Shown here: positions 61,508 to 64,000 of the stretch, piece by piece
How positions within the stretch are numbered: position 1 is the first letter of the stretch
How the letters are laid out: each line of letters starts with the position of its first letter
Source of the DNA: Candidatus Omnitrophota bacterium
GTDB lineage: Bacteria > Omnitrophota > Gorgyraeia > Tantalellales > Tantalellaceae
Assembly (NCBI GenBank): GCA_049642065.1
Contig: JBAROK010000026.1
Span: 1,868-65,867 of the forward strand
DNA: 64,000 nucleotides
Reading direction: 5' to 3'
Position numbers and translations under genes: made by a program
Notes under the pieces: generated by a model
What the model saw: only the letters and a program-made list of their open reading frames with translations
Database searches by the model: none
Told to the model about the DNA's origin: nothing

Positions 61508-63163
61508 GTGTTGGTGGCAGAACATCTGCAGGTAGTGTATACTAAAGATTGTCTGTATATTTTGAAACGGAGAGAAATAGTGACTGAAATAAAAACATAC
61601 ACCGATGAGATAGATTTTGAAGGTGCCTATTTTGAGTCCCTGGACCTATTAAGAAGTCTTATGACCGGGGCCGAACAGGGCGCGATCGGGTACGTGGCCT
61701 CTTCGGAAAATATTGATAATTATAAACGTCTTTTCACCAGAGATGCTTTCTGGATCGGTATGGCTGCTATTCTTTCAGAGGACGAAGAACTGATAGGAGC
61801 CTTTAGAAGCAGTCTTGAAGTTTTAATGAACACCCAGAGGGAAGACGGGGCTATACCAAGCAACGTATCCCCCGGCGGAGAAATAAGCTACGGGGTCATA
61901 AACCCGCGGGTGGATCCCACTACTCTTTATGTGATCGGATGCATAGAGTATTGCAGGTGCAGGGGAGGCAAAAAGGACCTGGAATATTTCAAAAGGTCCA
62001 TAGAGAAGGCCATGAAATACCTGGAAAACACCTGGGAAAATAAAATCTGCGGACTTTTATATATTCCACGGGCAGGCAACTGGGCGGACGAATATTTTCA
62101 GAAAGGTTTTGTATTATATGACGAAGTACTGTGGCATATTGCATTGAAAAAAGCGGCGTACGCGCTTAAAGTGCTTGGAAACAAGCGCGCAAGCGAATAT
62201 CTGACAAAATCCGGTACCGTAAAGAATACTATAAGAGACAAGTTCTGGCTGAAGAACAACGAGTCGAAAGAGGACCCGGTGTATCTGACCATGAGAAAAA
62301 AGATCGACATGGATCGCATGGGGTACCTTATGCATTTTTACTATGCGAACCGCCGCACCAAAGCGTGTTTTGCCAAGTCCCACTGCATATTTGATGCTTT
62401 CGGCAATAGCTTGGCGGTATTAGCGGGGGTTGCGTCAAAGAAACAGATAGAGAGCATATTGCGGTTCGTGGACATGATATCGGTTAACTGGTATCCGCTT
62501 GTCCCTGCGCATTACCCGTTTTTCAGAGAAAATACTTTTAAGACAAAAAAGCTTTCCCAATACCGGTTCAAGGAGTTTATAGGCCATTACCATAACGGCG
62601 GACTCTGGCCATGGTATACGGGCGCATATGTTGCGGGGTTAGTAAGAGTGGGGGAAGAGAAAAGGGCCATACGGTTTTTGCACGGTATACTCAGGGCTAA
62701 TGCGTCAGAAAAAAACGGCAAGAAATTTTATGAGTATCATACCGCCCAGAAATCCACTGCGGTGCTTGAAATAGTGCATCCGCACGGGCTGGATCTCTAT
62801 TTCTCAGAAAAGCTATGTACATTTATGACACCGCAGAAATCCAATCTCCGGATAAAATTCAAGAACCGGAAGATCGATGTTACCGACGGTATGTGCGTGC
62901 GAACTTTAAACGCTAAAAAAGGCGATAAGATACAGATCAGCACGGTAGGCCCTGATGCTAAGGATGTGCTGCTTACGATAGCCTTTTTCAAGGACAAGGA
63001 AGGCAACAGGTATTTCAGGAACATAGAGATGAATAAAGTAAAGAGCGAGCCTGACGGCACGCCGAATCTTGGGGTAAGCGCTGCCGCGTATGTTATTGCG
63101 TATAAAGCTGTCGCTGAAAATAAAATACTTTTTGAACAGAAAGAAGAAAAAGATGAAAAATAA
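61508..63163 (+). CDS. six-hairpin (alpha/alpha)6 glycoside hydrolase, GH100 neutral-invertase / GDE_C-like
   Basis: HYHNGGLWPW (the YHNGGxWP signature), FTRDAFW and EDGAIPS motifs. The true start may be the in-frame GTG at 61580, which follows ggagag; 61508 lies inside the upstream terminator. Confidence 0.6.
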   Translation: MLVAEHLQVVYTKDCLYILKRREIVTEIKTYTDEIDFEGAYFESLDLLRSLMTGAEQGAIGYVASSENIDNYKRLFTRDAFWIGMAAILSEDEELIGAFRSSLEVLMNTQREDGAIPSNVSPGGEISYGVINPRVDPTTLYVIGCIEYCRCRGGKKDLEYFKRSIEKAMKYLENTWENKICGLLYIPRAGNWADEYFQKGFVLYDEVLWHIALKKAAYALKVLGNKRASEYLTKSGTVKNTIRDKFWLKNNESKEDPVYLTMRKKIDMDRMGYLMHFYYANRRTKACFAKSHCIFDAFGNSLAVLAGVASKKQIESILRFVDMISVNWYPLVPAHYPFFRENTFKTKKLSQYRFKEFIGHYHNGGLWPWYTGAYVAGLVRVGEEKRAIRFLHGILRANASEKNGKKFYEYHTAQKSTAVLEIVHPHGLDLYFSEKLCTFMTPQKSNLRIKFKNRKIDVTDGMCVRTLNAKKGDKIQISTVGPDAKDVLLTIAFFKDKEGNRYFRNIEMNKVKSEPDGTPNLGVSAAAYVIAYKAVAENKILFEQKEEKDEK

Positions 63164-64000
63164 AAACTTAAGAAGAATATTTGTCGGTATCACTGTTTTC
63201 ATGTTTGTGATAACTGTTGTTAACACTTCTTATGGAGAGGGGCGGGTTACTAAAACCTATGATATTGGAGGCGCGACCGTCAAGGTAAAGATAATCAGCT
63301 CCCTTATGCCTACCATGCTGGAAGGACGGATAAAAGAAGAATCAGGGTTTTATTTTCTTAAGATGAATTTCATGGACAACTTTTTTAGTATTAATGTACC
63401 GCAGAGGTCCTATGAGAAGATGACGGAGCAGCAGCAGAACGATCTAGTGGCAGCGGTACTGCAGCTGTATGGAAGATCCTTCGAGGTTTCTAGGGCTATG
63501 CTTGGTTATATGCCCAAGGGATACCGCTTCAACGTCACTTTCGGCGAAACCCAGTCAGGGCACCCTTTTAACAGAGTGTATGCCTATAGCAAGACGTCCA
63601 ATATATATCCGGATTTTCTGCCATTTGAAAGTAAGATGATTCCAGGTGAGACAATAAACACGCCTATGATAGGGCTTGAAGAATCGACAATGTTGCATGA
63701 GATAGGACACAGTATTTTTGCTATAGTCATTGGAAATATAAAGAATCCCAAGAACAAATACATGGAAGAAGGGTTCGTTGATTATTTCGCAGACAAAGTT
63801 CTCGGCAGGAAAAGCCCCCACAGGGAAGCTATCGAAAAAATAACCATAACGAACGCTCAGGCCGCGAACATTAATGGATTGTCTCAGCTGGACGTGGATG
63901 TGAGTATATGGGGTGAAGAAGAGGCACTTAATTCTTCTACCATGGAAGGGTATGCCGGTATAACTCACCATCATTTTGGGTATGAGTTTATTAGAACATA
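63153..64000 (+). CDS. secreted HExxH zinc-metallopeptidase-like protein, 3' end beyond the window
   Basis: ATG at 63153 with a hydrophobic N-terminus (IFVGITVFMFVITVV). The frame is open to the window end. ESTMLHEIGHSIF HExxH at about 63696-63710. Not in the ORF track because no stop falls inside the window. Confidence 0.5.
   Translation, partial: MKNKNLRRIFVGITVFMFVITVVNTSYGEGRVTKTYDIGGATVKVKIISSLMPTMLEGRIKEESGFYFLKMNFMDNFFSINVPQRSYEKMTEQQQNDLVAAVLQLYGRSFEVSRAMLGYMPKGYRFNVTFGETQSGHPFNRVYAYSKTSNIYPDFLPFESKMIPGETINTPMIGLEESTMLHEIGHSIFAIVIGNIKNPKNKYMEEGFVDYFADKVLGRKSPHREAIEKITITNAQAANINGLSQLDVDVSIWGEEEALNSSTMEGYAGITHHHFGYEFIRT

Noticed and set aside
63555-63974. 139-aa - strand ORF
   Set aside because: Antisense to the open + strand frame, which carries a signal peptide and an HExxH motif. 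The + strand frame is more plausible.

Overview
This 64-kb window comes from a diderm (LPS-containing) bacterium and is mostly + strand housekeeping genes at about 90% coding density. The outstanding feature is one uninterrupted 10,488-nt ORF (4289..14776, 3,495 aa) that I read as a giant membrane-anchored multi-enzyme protein. It has its own near-consensus promoter and a rho-independent terminator. No comparable single-polypeptide combination of motifs is known to me; it is the best candidate in this window for an undescribed system (possibly a delivered multi-enzyme effector).

Genes recognised by motif: purN, eno and ftsB; purB-purM-purD-purE; a ywlE-like LMW phosphatase with rpiB and glyA; dCMP deaminase and nrdR; hisG; a split transketolase; ispE, spoVG, glmU and prs; rplY-pth; rpsF-ssb-rpsR-rplI-dnaB; bamA-skp-lpxC-fabZ-lpxI-lpxB with msbA; rpsB-tsf-pyrH-frr; archease-rtcB; serS. 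There are four tRNAs (Met, Gln, Lys, Ser). Secondary oddities are a split transketolase interrupted by an FtsH paralog, a SpoVG/zinc-ribbon fusion, a 31-aa hyper-basic peptide coupled to a TPR protein, and an MFS / acyl-ligase-ACP-PlsC / hydrolase module. I saw no CRISPR array, transposase or integrase. Everything here is read by eye from the sequence; no searches were run.
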